A DNA stretch of 64,000 nt. Origin: Podarcis cretensis. Lineage: Eukaryota. This document shows, piece by piece, positions 25,143-36,243 of this stretch. Positions within the stretch are counted from its first letter, which is position 1. The number at the start of each line of letters is the position of its first letter. The DNA lies in contig OX638154.1 of NCBI GenBank assembly GCA_951804945.1, forward strand, positions 68,324,001 to 68,388,000, given 5' to 3'. The notes under the pieces are model-generated. The model had not been told where the DNA came from, ran no database searches, and saw only the letters and a list, made by a program, of their open reading frames with translations. The position numbers were made by a program, and so were the translations under genes.

Positions 25143-25590
25143 AATAAATGATTTTATGTACATACAAATGTGCTAGGTAGCTGCACTGTTAACCAACAGG
25201 GTAATTAACAATTTTGTATGCTTTTATGTAGAAAATTAATTATGACACCCATTCCTTAAGCAGTATCCATCTATAATGCAGAATAGTTATAATGGGGGGG
25301 GGGGAACCATTCTAGAAACTACCCATTTGAATGAATTGGCAACATTTAATAAGATTTTATACATGGGATATAAAGAAATATGTGCATTCTGAAAGTAGAA
25401 GGATCCAGAACTTGCACTTGTGACACTAGCACTCATGACACTAAAAGTGAGAAAGTAGAAAATGGCTGCTTCATCCTTATGCATATTGTTTATGCATTTA
25501 CATATCATTCATGATCTGTATTGCATTTATATGTTTTTTAATTAAATATATTGTTTCTAACTTGTGTTTTCTATTTTTGTTCTTTCAACT
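25143..25590 (+). terminator. Candidate DNAJB4 polyadenylation signals
   Basis: AATAAA at 25143-25148. ATTAAA at 25541-25546 has an upstream TGTA and a downstream GT/T-rich tract. A further AATAAA lies at 24465. Confidence 0.5.
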
Positions 25591-25639
25591 GAGTTGGGTG
25601 CGTGAGAGCAAATGAATGTAATTATAATTTATCTATGAC

Positions 25640-27640
25640 TTTATTGAATTTATATCCTGCTCTTGCTTCCTAGGGTAGCAGACAACAAGGGATAAATTAT
25701 CTTAAAAACAATTCCAATATAGATGCAGACTGGGAAGGAAATCAACTTAAATGACTTTTTGAAAAAGGAATGTGTTTCTTATGTGCCAAAACCCAACAAG
25801 GATGACATCTGGTTAATACTTAAAGGGATGGAATTCAGAAGGGTAGATGCCACAATGATAAAGGCCCGATTCCTGTTGTGTGGAACAGAGCTCCTGTTTG
25901 ATGGTATCTGCAGGAGGCCCTCACCTGCTAAGCACAGTGTGTACAAGGGATGAGATGGCCTTTCAGGTATCCTGGTCCCAAGCTGTGTAGGGCTTTATAC
26001 AGCAAAACCCAGCACCTTGTACTTAGACCAGAGCTTAATTGGCAGCTACTACAATTCTTTCAACAGTGGAGTAACGTTTTAGCAATACCTTGCTCCAGTG
26101 TGCAGCCAATCTGCCACCTTTTGCAACAGCTGCACCTTCTGGGCTAACCTCAAGGGCAGCCCCATATCAAGCACATTGCAGTAATCATCCCAGGAGATTA
26201 CCAGCACACAGACCACGGTGGTCAGGCTACTGCAGTCCAGGAACAGCAGGAGCTGTCTTACTAGCCAAAGCTGGTGAAAGGTACCCCTAGCCACAAGGCC
26301 AGCTAGGTCTCTAAGCATCCAAGATGGATCCATAAACACCCCCAGACTATGAACCTCCTTCAGGGGAAGTACAACCCCATCAAAAGCAGGCAATCACCCA
26401 GTTATCTAGACCCAGAAACCGCTTACTCACAGGACCTCCATTTTGTCAGGATTCAGGGTCGGTTGGTCTTCAGCCAGCTCACTAGAGTCCAGGCACTGGT
26501 CCAGGGCTCTCAGGTGGGTATCATTGCCATTCTAAGAGAACAAGGTGAGCTCCAGCACCTCTTTTTATAGAAAAATAGCACTGCCTGTAGTACAACTGCC
26601 AGGGACCTGGAAGAATAACCTACCGTATTTTTCGTCCCATAGGACGCGCCGTCCCATAGGATGCACCTAGTTTTTTTGGGGGAAAATAAAGGAAATTTTT
26701 TCCCCTTTATTTCCCCCCCAAAAGCAGGTCGGGGAAACTGAACCAGGTCGAGGAACGGCGCTGCGCCTCCCTGCTGTCCCCCGAGCTTGTGGGGCTGGCC
26801 GATGTCTGCCTCAGACGGCTGGCTGCTATCCGCAGCGTGGGGAGCCCTGCGGGGAACTCCTGCAGGGCTCCCCATGCTGCGGATGTCTGTCCAGCGCGCG
26901 GGGCGCTCTGCTTCAAGGGCGGCAGGCTGCTATCTGCAGCGTGGGGAGCCCTGCGGAGAACTCCCGCAGGGCTGCCTAGGCTGCGGATGTGTTCCCGAAG
27001 CACCGGGTGCTCTGCTTTCAGCGCGCCCGACGCTCCGGGAAGCAGGCTGCTATCCGCAGCCTAGACAGCCCTGTGAGAACTCCTGCAGGGCTGCCTAGGC
27101 TGCGGATGTCTTCCTGAAGCCTGGAGAGCGAGAGGGGTCGGTGCACACCGACCCCTCTCACTCTCCAAGCTTCAGCGAAAGCCTGCATTCGCCCCATAGG
27201 ACGCACCCAGATTTCCCCTTCATTTTTGGAGGGGAAAAAGTGCATCCTATAGGGCGAAAAATACGGTAATGCTATTATCTGAAAGCAGCTTTGAAAATGG
27301 GATCCGAACCACTGTAAAACAGTGCCTCTAATAGCCATCTCACATAGTCAGCTCAGAAAGATACCAAGGTCAATGGTGTCAAAAGCCGCTGAAAGATCAA
27401 GTAAGAATAGGCTTTTGATACATTGACCATGGTATCTTAAGCCAACTTTGAAAGATAGGTTATAGGGTTGTACTCCCCTGTCCTTTTCCTGATAAAGATC
27501 CATCGGGGAAGCCAAAGCTGATTGAGTCCCATAACCAGTCCTGCACCCAGACTGAAATGGGTCAAGATAATCTGTTTCATCCAAAAGTACTTACAATTGG
27601 TGCACAACAACTCTCTGAATCATCTTTTCTAAGAAGAGGA
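25640..27640 (-). mobile_element. Degenerate L2 LINE (RT fragments) interrupted by younger insertions
   Basis: Minus-strand remnants LDPFQSG, LLDLSAAFDTID, VLQWFGSH, VHSLGVFMD and DYCNVL.MGLPL. Confidence 0.85.
26623..27266. mobile_element. Tc1/mariner-superfamily (Tc2-like) MITE, 644 bp, with GC-rich internal hairpin array
   Basis: TA duplication on both sides. TIRs CCGTATTTTTCG.CC.ATAGGA / TCCTATAGGGCGAAAAATACGG. Subterminal CCCATAGGAYGC repeats. Confidence 0.85.
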
Positions 27641-30600
27641 TGGACAGCATGCAACTGGGTGTGAGTTGTCAAAAACCAATGGCTATTTAAGAGTTTGTTT
27701 AGTAATAAACTATAGCTGCAATATTAGGACTGCAATCTTATGTACACTTGAGAGTAAATACGCTTTTCAACATTCAGTAGTAACCCCCTCCCCTTTTTAT
27801 ATGTTAAAGTTTAACTATAAAATAGCTCAGAATCCAAGAGAAAAGTAGATATAAGTAATAGTACAATCTCTATAACACATGAAGACTAGTGTGCATTCAA
27901 GGTTTAATCCTAGGTAAGATGATCCTTTAGATATGTGGAATGCTGGTTGTTTAAGGGCTGTAAATGTCAAAAAAGAATACTAATAGGCAGCTGAGTCAGA
28001 ATCAGAGTTACATGCTTTGTGTGGTCTGCTCCTGTCAGAATAAGCTGCAGCAGTAGCTTCCAAACAATCTTCAAGGGCAGCCCAATGCAGATCACATTAC
28101 AGTATCCAAAATGAGATGTTACTAAAGAATGGCTAAAATTCTGATATGAGAGAAAGGGATAGAACTTGCTTGCCAGCTTAAAGTGGCAAAAGGTGTACTC
28201 CTTGCCACAGCTGTCACCCGAGAAGCACCAAATCAGAGTTGAGAGTCACTCTCTGAATAAGAAGTCGCTTTTTGAGTGGGAATTCAATTTCTGGAAGAAC
28301 AGGGAAATTCAGTCTCCCTTAATTGCTGCTCTCTGTCTTATCCGGATTCAGGGAATATTGCTGTTTTTTATTTGATATAAACAGATGTCAACAGCATATA
28401 ATGCTGCTGTCTGCACTTATGTAATACATCCCTTTGGTAAATGTACAATAATGTTAAATATAATGTTAAAATGCAGAGAGGCTAAGATAGAACCGTCTGG
28501 AATCAAACAGGAAGGAAGGAACAGGGCCACTGCAAATCGGTTTATCCACTGTTGGTTTTCGAAATTCAAACACTCAGCAGAAATTGAACTTACTGAATCC
28601 CTGCTGGAGGAGCACACTTTTGCCCTGGATATAATCACAATGAGGCTATAAGTTTAGCAAAATAAAAAAGCTATGTTTATTATAAGAAATGCATGATAGG
28701 AAAGATCCCAGTTCTATTTGACTCTGGTAGAGATGCCTTGAGCCATGCTTGCTTTTGCAACTCGGCAGGAGAGATGCAGAAAATATTTCCTTGCGGAAGG
28801 TAAGGATGAAGAAGGAAGTAGGAAATTTGTTAAATTTGGTTAAAAAGTGTGACACTTTAACAACTTCATGGTGAGTACTGGTACCTATTTTTCTAGAAAA
28901 GAAGCACTGCTTAAGAGTATCATTTTAGCACCCAAGGGAAGGACAACACAGGTTAAATCAGAAAGGACCAGCTAGGAAACTTGGAGGTTCCTATTTCTAT
29001 GTACTCTTTCCCACGCAGACACATTAGCCTCCAGTGCAAGCTGAGTTGCATCTCAATACTTCCTACATTCCCAATTGTCTTAGCTGGTAAAAGTGTGTCA
29101 GATGCTTCTGAGTTTATAAGTTAATTAAGAAGAGCAAGCAGGTTCGCATTCTCTTACAGGAAGAGGCACAGACAGTTCATTAGGGTAACTAATTGAAGAA
29201 TATTTTACATTCTGACTGGTATGGATCTAGAAAACCTGATCCAAGAGTTTCTCGGAACTATGTAGGTCTCAGCATTCCAGGGGCAAGGGATTGGCTGAGC
29301 TGAGAGAAAGTGAAGGCAGAAAAAGATCTCTTTTCCTCCCAGTCATAATGACATAGCTGTCACCACTATTGCAGCCCCCACAGCTGCGTACGAAGGAGTT
29401 GGAGGGCTCACTTGTGAGGTGCTGACAGTAGAAATCTCAGAGAGAAATATGCATATATTTCTACAAGCTTTCTGCAATGTTGCTCATAACTATTATCCCC
29501 AATCTGAATCGAGGCTTGGATGTTTACTCATCACATAGACCAACAGCTGCTGGATGCTTTCCAAACTTTTCATGTTGGTGACAGACTTTTTAAACATGCA
29601 TTATTTTGTGATACAGCAATTCAGTTTTACCAGAAAACCAGAGGTTCAACTAACTCCTTTCCAGTCCCAGGAGGAGCGTGAAGAGCTTTCGCATGACATT
29701 GTAGCAGATACGCTAACATGTGACGACACACATTTGGGAAAGCTCTGCTGTAGACTTTCCAGGCATAGATAGCCAGGAAACAAGATACCATTGTGTCTAA
29801 CTATTCCCCATCACCTGCACATAGCAGCCAGTGTGTTGGATTAGGGGGCTGTGTTTGTAGGGAAATGTGTAACGTCATGACAGTGTCTCATGCATTTGTT
29901 TTATTGGATGTTAGCTAGGGAAATGCGTGGGTCGGCAACGCTCATTTATTTAGCTAGGTCTTTAATTAATGTTTACTTGGGTCTTTAAAGCTGCCAGCAT
30001 AGTAGCTTGGACAGGGCTCAACCAGGGGATGCTGTCTGTGAAAGTCTGAGGAACCTTCAGTACCCATCAGTTGTCTCTCAAGGGAATAATATTTCTTTCT
30101 TTCTCCTACCACAAAGAGTTTTTCCTGTCCATTACGTGGTGACAAAGCTGGGTTCCTTACTCAATTAGCCTTTAATTAAGCTTAGTACCAACTAACTGAA
30201 ACAATTGCATATTCCTTCCTTCCCTCCCCCTTTTTTTTTTGTTTTCCCTCCATCAAACATTAGAATGTAAGCTCAATGGGGCAGGGAGTGGGGCTCTTGC
30301 ACTCTGTATAACAATATGCACAGTGATTGTTTCACGCAGATAAATCACTGTCTCACACAATGAACTGTAAATCTGGGCCTGATTAATTGTTTGCAGAGTT
30401 TATGTAAATATTAAAGTGGGAGAATGCAAAATACTGAAATTTGTAAAGTAGTCCTGTTGACCTCTAGTATCATTTATAGCAATGTCCTGAACAGTCAGTG
30501 TAAATAATTTATATAAATGAAGTTTGGCAAGAATCCTTGTCTCCATAATCTTATATACTTAATAGCATTTTCTATTGCGATCATCTTGATCAATATTTAT

Positions 30601-31469
30601 TAGTCACCATGATGTGGTTTAAAAGTGTGTTTCATTTTATTGCTTCTAAATGAAAACCTAGGAGAGAGCAGACCACAAGTCTAAAGTTCTTCCATTTCAA
30701 AATGTAGGTGCATGCTTTTTTTGAGCACTTCACTTCCTTTTTAAAATGACCTAATACATTTTCTTTAAATAGTTTTACATTAAGAGAGATATTACAGTTA
30801 GTGTATATTATACACATTGTATATTATATGAAATCAAGTTACAACCTGGCTATTGCCTGGATTGATTTACCTGTTTCTCTGTTTACCTTGACCTCAGCCA
30901 TTAGGTGAGTTGCTGTGATCTGTTCATATAATTTCACTACAGTACTGTTTGCCAACTTTCTAGTCCATTATTCCATTATTTTGCATACAATCCTTCAGGA
31001 TGTTTGTGTATGAAGGATGGGTGCATGGTGGAAGTAGGTCTGAAGGAAAGGGAAAAATAACAAACCTGTAACAGAACTGTAAGACAAGAAGCGGTGTGTG
31101 TGGTTAATTGCGAAACGGGTGCCAGAGGCAAGGAGTCTAAGAGATGGGAGTCAAGAAGATCTAGATGCAGAGTTTTGGGCTGAAAGCGGGAATATATTAG
31201 TACAACCTAACTGGCCACTACTGTGGTCCACTCCTATGCAGAATTTGTTTGAAATAAACCCTACTGATATCCGTAGACAGGATGTAAGCTTCATGCTCAA
31301 CCCTATGCATGTTTTACTTGGAAGTTCCAAGTGGAATGGTTGTGCAGTGGCAATTTGAGACTCTGGACTTAAATCACCTTATGATTCCTTGAGACACACA
31401 CAATTTAATTGCAATTTAAGTGTTCTCTTATTTCTAATTGTGAAAAGCCAACCACCCTGCTGGCTCTGG

Positions 31470-31684
31470 AGGCCTACCTCCCCATTCTCCTGAGTGGGGT
31501 TTTGACCTTCAACTGCAGATTGACATCCTACGCCCTTTTAAAATGTGCCTCTTTTGGGTGGGGGCGGGGATGTGTTATTGGATTGTTGCTTTTATTTTGA
31601 TTATATATATTGTGGTTTTTATGTTGATCTTTTCTGTGAACTGCCCTGAGACCTCTGGGTATATGGCAGTATATAAATTCAATA

Positions 31685-31724
<40 letters not shown>
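31470..31724 (+). mobile_element. L2-type LINE 3' end with (AAT)n tail
   Basis: GTGAACTGCCCTGAGACC...GGCAGTATATAAAT followed by a long AAT repeat. Confidence 0.65.
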
Positions 31725-31731
<7 letters not shown>

Positions 31732-31971
31732 CAACTGTGCTGATGGCACCCCTGAAGTGGCCTCTAGTCCACAAAGGAATATGCAACACCAATCCTTCTT
31801 GTCTTTATACTACCAGGGATTGTGTTGTTCTGTTTCGTTTCATTGCTGAAATTTATTTATGAATGACAACTTGTCTGCTGCCTCATAACATATCCTGCCC
31901 GTCAGTAAACTTTTGCCCACGTTGGGTGAAAAATTCCTGCATTGCAAGGGGTCAGACAAGATGATCATGGT

Positions 31972-32522
31972 CATAGGAGCCAAGTCCTAGGTAAAGGTAA
32001 AGGGACCCCTGACCGTTAGGTCCAGTCACGGACGACTCGGGTTGTGGCACTCATCTCTCTTTACTGGCTGAGGGAGTCGGCGTTTGTCCACAGACAGTTT
32101 CTGGGTCATGTGGCTAGCATGACTAAGCCGCTTCTGGCGAACCAGAGCAGCGCATGGAAATGCTGTTTATCTTCCTACCGGAGCAGTACCTATTTATCTA
32201 CTTGCACGTTGACATGCTTTCAAACTGCTAGGTGGGCAGGAGCTGGGACTGAGCAATGGGAGCTCATCCCGTCACAGGGATTCAAACTGCCGACCTTCCA
32301 GTCGGCAAGCCCTAGGCTCTGTGGTTTAGACCACAGTGCCACCTGTGTCCCTCCAAGTCCTAGGGGACCACCCCAAATAAAATATTTGAGGCGGCTGGGC
32401 CCCCTCAAAGTTGACAGGCATTGCCGTTCAAATGAAGTGCAAGTGCTGTGTCATGTGATCAATTATGGGTGCGGTGCTTACCTGGGTTCCCCCGAATATT
32501 TTAATCAAGTTGGCAACCCATG
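31972..32522. mobile_element. Short TIR element hosting a SINE insertion
   Basis: Ends CATAGGAGCCAA / TTGGCAACCCATG form an imperfect inverted repeat. It interrupts a CR1-like tail. Confidence 0.5.
31992..32352 (-). mobile_element. Full-length Sauria SINE with 12-bp TSD
   Basis: (ACCTTT)n tail and tRNA head. TSD CCAAGTCCTAGG at 31980-31991 and 32353-32364. Confidence 0.92.
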
Positions 32523-32597
32523 GTCCTTTCCACCTCTACAATTCAGGTTACCTGGGCGGGTGCTGCCATCCGAAGCACAAACTGCAGAGAAGTGAGC

Positions 32598-33656
32598 AAA
32601 AATGTATAAATCTAAATTAAATGCTGGAAATGTAAAGAGAAAGAAGGTTCTTTTTATCATATGTGGTGGTCTTGTAGTAAAGTTAGGGCTTACTGGGAAA
32701 TGAGATATAATGAAATTAAAAGAATGTTTAAAAGAATGTTTGTAAAAAAAACAGAAGCATTTTTTGGGGGAATTATAGGAACAGAATTAAAGGGATGTGG
32801 GTGGCGCTGTGGACTAAACCACTGAGCCTAGGGCTTGCCGATTGGAAGGTTGGCAGTTCGAATCCCTGCAACGGGGTGAGCTCCCGAGCTCCTGTCAACC
32901 CTAGCAGTTTGAAAGCACGTCAAAGTGCAAGTAGATAAATGAGGAAAAGTGAGCAAAAAAATAATATAAATAAGATAAAATCTAATCGCAAAATCATATG
33001 TGGTGGGATTGCAAGATTATATAAAAAAATTTGGAAATGATAGCGGCTTAGTGATGCTGGCCACATGACCTGGAAAAACTGCCTGTGGATAAACATCGGC
33101 CAGTAAAGCGAGATGAGCACCGCAACCCCAGAGTCGTTCACGACTGGATTTAACTGTCAGGGGTCCTTTACCTTTTTTTATAGGGACAGAACTACCTAAC
33201 CTGTATAGAAACTTATTCATGTATGTAACTACAGCGGCAAGAATGTTACTTGCCCCAAAATGGAAATAAGCAGAAGTCCCAGCAAAGGAAGAATGGATAC
33301 AAAAACTTATGGAATATGCAGAAATGGCAAAACTTGCCGGAAGAGTAAGAAATCAAGATAACAAACTTTTTTAAAAATAAAAGAATGGAAATGGTTTATT
33401 GAATATTTACAGATAAATTGCAACAGAACATTGGCAGGATTACTGTGATAACCTGCAGTTTCGTAAGAATATATATTTAAAGAAGACGAATAAATGAGCA
33501 AATTAAGTTAATTTGGCTATGCAGAAGATATTAAAAACAAATTTAAGGAACGGCAGGAAGAGGGGGGGAAGGAAGTCAAGTTTTGAAACGTCAAAAGGAC
33601 TGTAAAATCAGTGAAATGTATAAACTGAAAAGTATAACGAAATAAAGAAATAAAAG
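32598..33656 (+). mobile_element. 5'-truncated L1 LINE (ORF2 C-terminus and 3' UTR)
   Basis: Cys-rich KCWKCKEKEG..HMWWSC remnant, then AARMLLA.KWK and EEWIQKL.EYAEMAKL. A-rich tail. TSD AGAGAAGTGAGC at 32586-32597 and 33657-33668. Confidence 0.85.
32792..33177 (+). mobile_element. Sauria SINE inserted in the L1, with an internal foreign patch
   Basis: GGGATGTGGGTGGCGCTGTGG..GTTCGAATCC head and CCTTTACCTTT tail. TSD TTATAGGRACAGAAYTA at 32773-32789 and 33178-33194. Confidence 0.88.
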
Positions 33657-33769
33657 AGAGAAGTGAGCTGCTCCCGGAGCTTACCCTGCTTGACTTCGGA
33701 TGGTTTAGGGTTGCAGTGCTTTGGTGAGGACTGCAGCCTTAAAGGGGCAGGTACTCTTGTGTGCTCAGC

Positions 33770-34480
33770 GTCCGTCCATCCATCGCTGGCGCGGCTCTAA
33801 AGCCAGGGTAGCGGGGGGGGGGGGGAAGGTCCGGTGCTGCGGAAGCGCGCGCAGGACGCGCGCGGTTGCTCGCCGCTGCCCATTGGCTGCCGGGTGCCAT
33901 CAACTGCCCGCCGGGTGGGTGAGCCGCGAGGAGATGAGCGCACAGCCCTGAAGGGGCAGAGTCCAGGCAGCAGGGCGAGGAAAGAGCAGCAGCAGCAGCA
34001 GCAGGTGGCGGCGGCGGCGCCGGTTCTGCAGCTCCCGCCCCCCCCCCACCTCGCCCTCTCTGTGGCTGCGTGCAGGCGCGCGGGAAAATGCCTCTGGGGC
34101 TGAGGGGCAAGAAGAAAGGCAAGTCCAGGGAGACGTCCACGCTGGTGGAGGGCGAAGCCCCCCTGGCGCGGGGCAGGGGCGACGGGGGCGACGACGACGA
34201 AGCCAGCGGCAGCAGCGCCGTCGGTGGGGCTGGCGTCGGAGGAGGCGCCGCCGCTGCCGCCGCCTCCTCCTCCTCGGCGCGCCAGGGCCCCATCCGGCTG
34301 GTGTTCCACACGCAGCTGGCGCACGGCAGCCCCACGGGGCGCGTGGAGGGCTTCGCCAGCGTCAGGGAGCTTTACGCCAAGATAGCCGAGGCGTTCCACA
34401 TCGCCCCCAGCGAGGTACGTGCCCAGAGGGGACTGGGCGGTATCCCCCCCCCCCCGCCTCCCTCGTGAACGGAAGCCCCC
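33770..34480 (+). promoter_or_regulatory. CpG island: GIPC2 promoter and exon 1
   Basis: High CpG density and an inverted CCAAT (ATTGG at 33882-33886). Confidence 0.8.
34088..34414 (+). CDS. GIPC2: GIPC2 coding exon 1 (109 codons)
   Basis: [23 protein letters not shown]...[33 protein letters not shown] is a GIPC GH1 region. Donor GAG|GTACGT. Synteny indicates GIPC2. Confidence 0.95.
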
Positions 34481-35458
34481 CGCTACGGGGGATTTGTTCC
34501 AAATCTGGCGCCCCCCTTCGGCAGGGGGACAAAAGCCCCAAAGCCGACTGGTCTCTCTTTCTTTCTCGGGGCACCGGCTCATGGCTCCATGTTTGGGCGA
34601 AATGTTGGGCTTGGTTGCCAATCCGCGCGTGGTAAGAATCAGCACCAAGGGGGTGGTGGGTTAGTCCAGAGACAGAGCTTTTTGGGTGGGTGGTGTGTTG
34701 TTTTTAAGGGATCTTAGCAAGGAAGTGTTTCTGGAAATTGAGGTAATGGAGGGTGGGTGGCTGCCTTGCTGCCTATAGGAGTAGGCTGTAGTTAAAACGC
34801 ACTCCTCACATGCTCAGAGGCCCTCTTCCCCACCAATACTTCACGAGTTTCTAGGCCGCACTTTTCTATCCTTTTTTTTTCCTGCTGACTCCTGAAACAA
34901 CAAATAAGTGTCCGGAATTGCCTTTGTGGGCATTTCATCTGCTCTTAATTCTGGGTCACCCCTGTATTTCAAAGTTCCTTAAGGTATTTTTGGGCAAGAG
35001 GGGCTCAGGAACTGAGTAACTGAGTGTGGATCAATCGATGGTGCTGATCTCTCCTGGTTCAAACAACAGTGAAACATTGATTGATTGATTGATTGATTGA
35101 TTGTTAAAAAGGTGCCTCAGAGTACAGGGGGAGTGCGTTTTTCTGTGCTCAGCAGTGCTTGGCCCTATGTATCTCCTGGAATCATATATGTAACACCTTG
35201 CCTTACATCATGAAAAAAAGTTGAGAAAACTGCTCCTGCCACCACAATGCATCCATATGATAACTGAAGTGCAGCTCAGGCCATTATTAGGAGCCAACAC
35301 AGAAATCATATCCCCAAGACCATTGCACAAACCCACTGCAACTGTCTGAGCTATCCTAGACTTGTTTACAAGTTTTTCTGAGTTCAGTGAGACTACCCTG
35401 ATGAATATCTGTTTAGGATTGCAGCCTATTTTTCTGACACGCGGTGGAGCTTTAAGAC

Positions 35459-35720
35459 AGGGGTGAAGAATCTACAAACCTCTAGATCCAGGGGTAGCCA
35501 ACATGGTGCCCTCTGAATGTTTTTGGACTACAACTTCATTCAACCCCAGTTGGCATGGCCACAATGGCCAGTGATGATGGGGGCTGCAGTCCAGCTGCAC
35601 CACATTAGCGACCTCAGCTCTAGATCTCGTTGGACTCCCATTGACCCTGACCTTTGGCCATGCTGGCTAGAGCAGATGGGTGTTGGAGCCCAGTGGTATC
35701 AGGAGCATCTCTATTTCTCT
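35459..35720. mobile_element. Degenerate, possibly nested hAT MITE fragments
   Basis: Two CAGGGGT starts and a TTTTGGACTACAACT core like those at 20591 and 43565. Confidence 0.45.
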
Positions 35721-36181
35721 ACCCTTTCAGTAAGGCAACGAGTAGTGCGGAAACGTACATTCTAGACTTCTACATGTGAGTTGGGTGTCACTTTTCTGTT
35801 TCAATCACCTTGTTTTTTAAAAAATGTTTAATTTTGGAGGAAGGAGATCATGAAAGTGGTAGAAGTGTGGATTTTCTCGCACCCTTTTAGTATAAACACA
35901 TGGTGATGTGAGGATTCAGATTCGAACTGGAAGTCAGTACAGAACTGTAGATCGTAACTGCATATTCATTAAAAGCACAATATATGGGTGCAATGTTATG
36001 CTTGTGTCATGAGACTTTTTAGCTTTTTACGGCAAAGTCTTGATCCACTGAATAGTTTGGCTGTCGTTTGCAGTCATTATTGTACCTGAAGCAGAAAAAT
36101 GTTATTGCCCTGAAAGTAATAATAATTTAAAAAACTAATAAACTATATAATCAATAATTTGTCCTTTAATGGCACCTGAAG

Positions 36182-36243
36182 ACCTGCCACTTGAGATAGA
36201 TTGTCTCACTGTACCTGCCACTTGAGATAGATTGTCTCACTGT
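36182..36243. repeat. Tandem duplication, 2 x 31 bp
   Basis: ACCTGCCACTTGAGATAGATTGTCTCACTGT twice, exact. Confidence 0.95.

Noticed and set aside
26821-27109. CRISPR array
   Set aside because: This is a vertebrate locus with no cas genes. The units are about 66 bp, the spacers are partly self-similar, and everything lies within TIRs with a TA duplication.
26079-27584. Functional reverse transcriptase gene
   Set aside because: It is fragmented by frameshifts, deletions and insertions, so it is a dead L2 copy.
32044-32595. 183-aa ORF
   Set aside because: It is a translation through an antisense SINE and a TIR element.
33721-34664. Antisense ORFs of 198 aa and 283 aa over GIPC2 exon 1
   Set aside because: These are low-complexity CpG-island artefacts with no recognisable domain.
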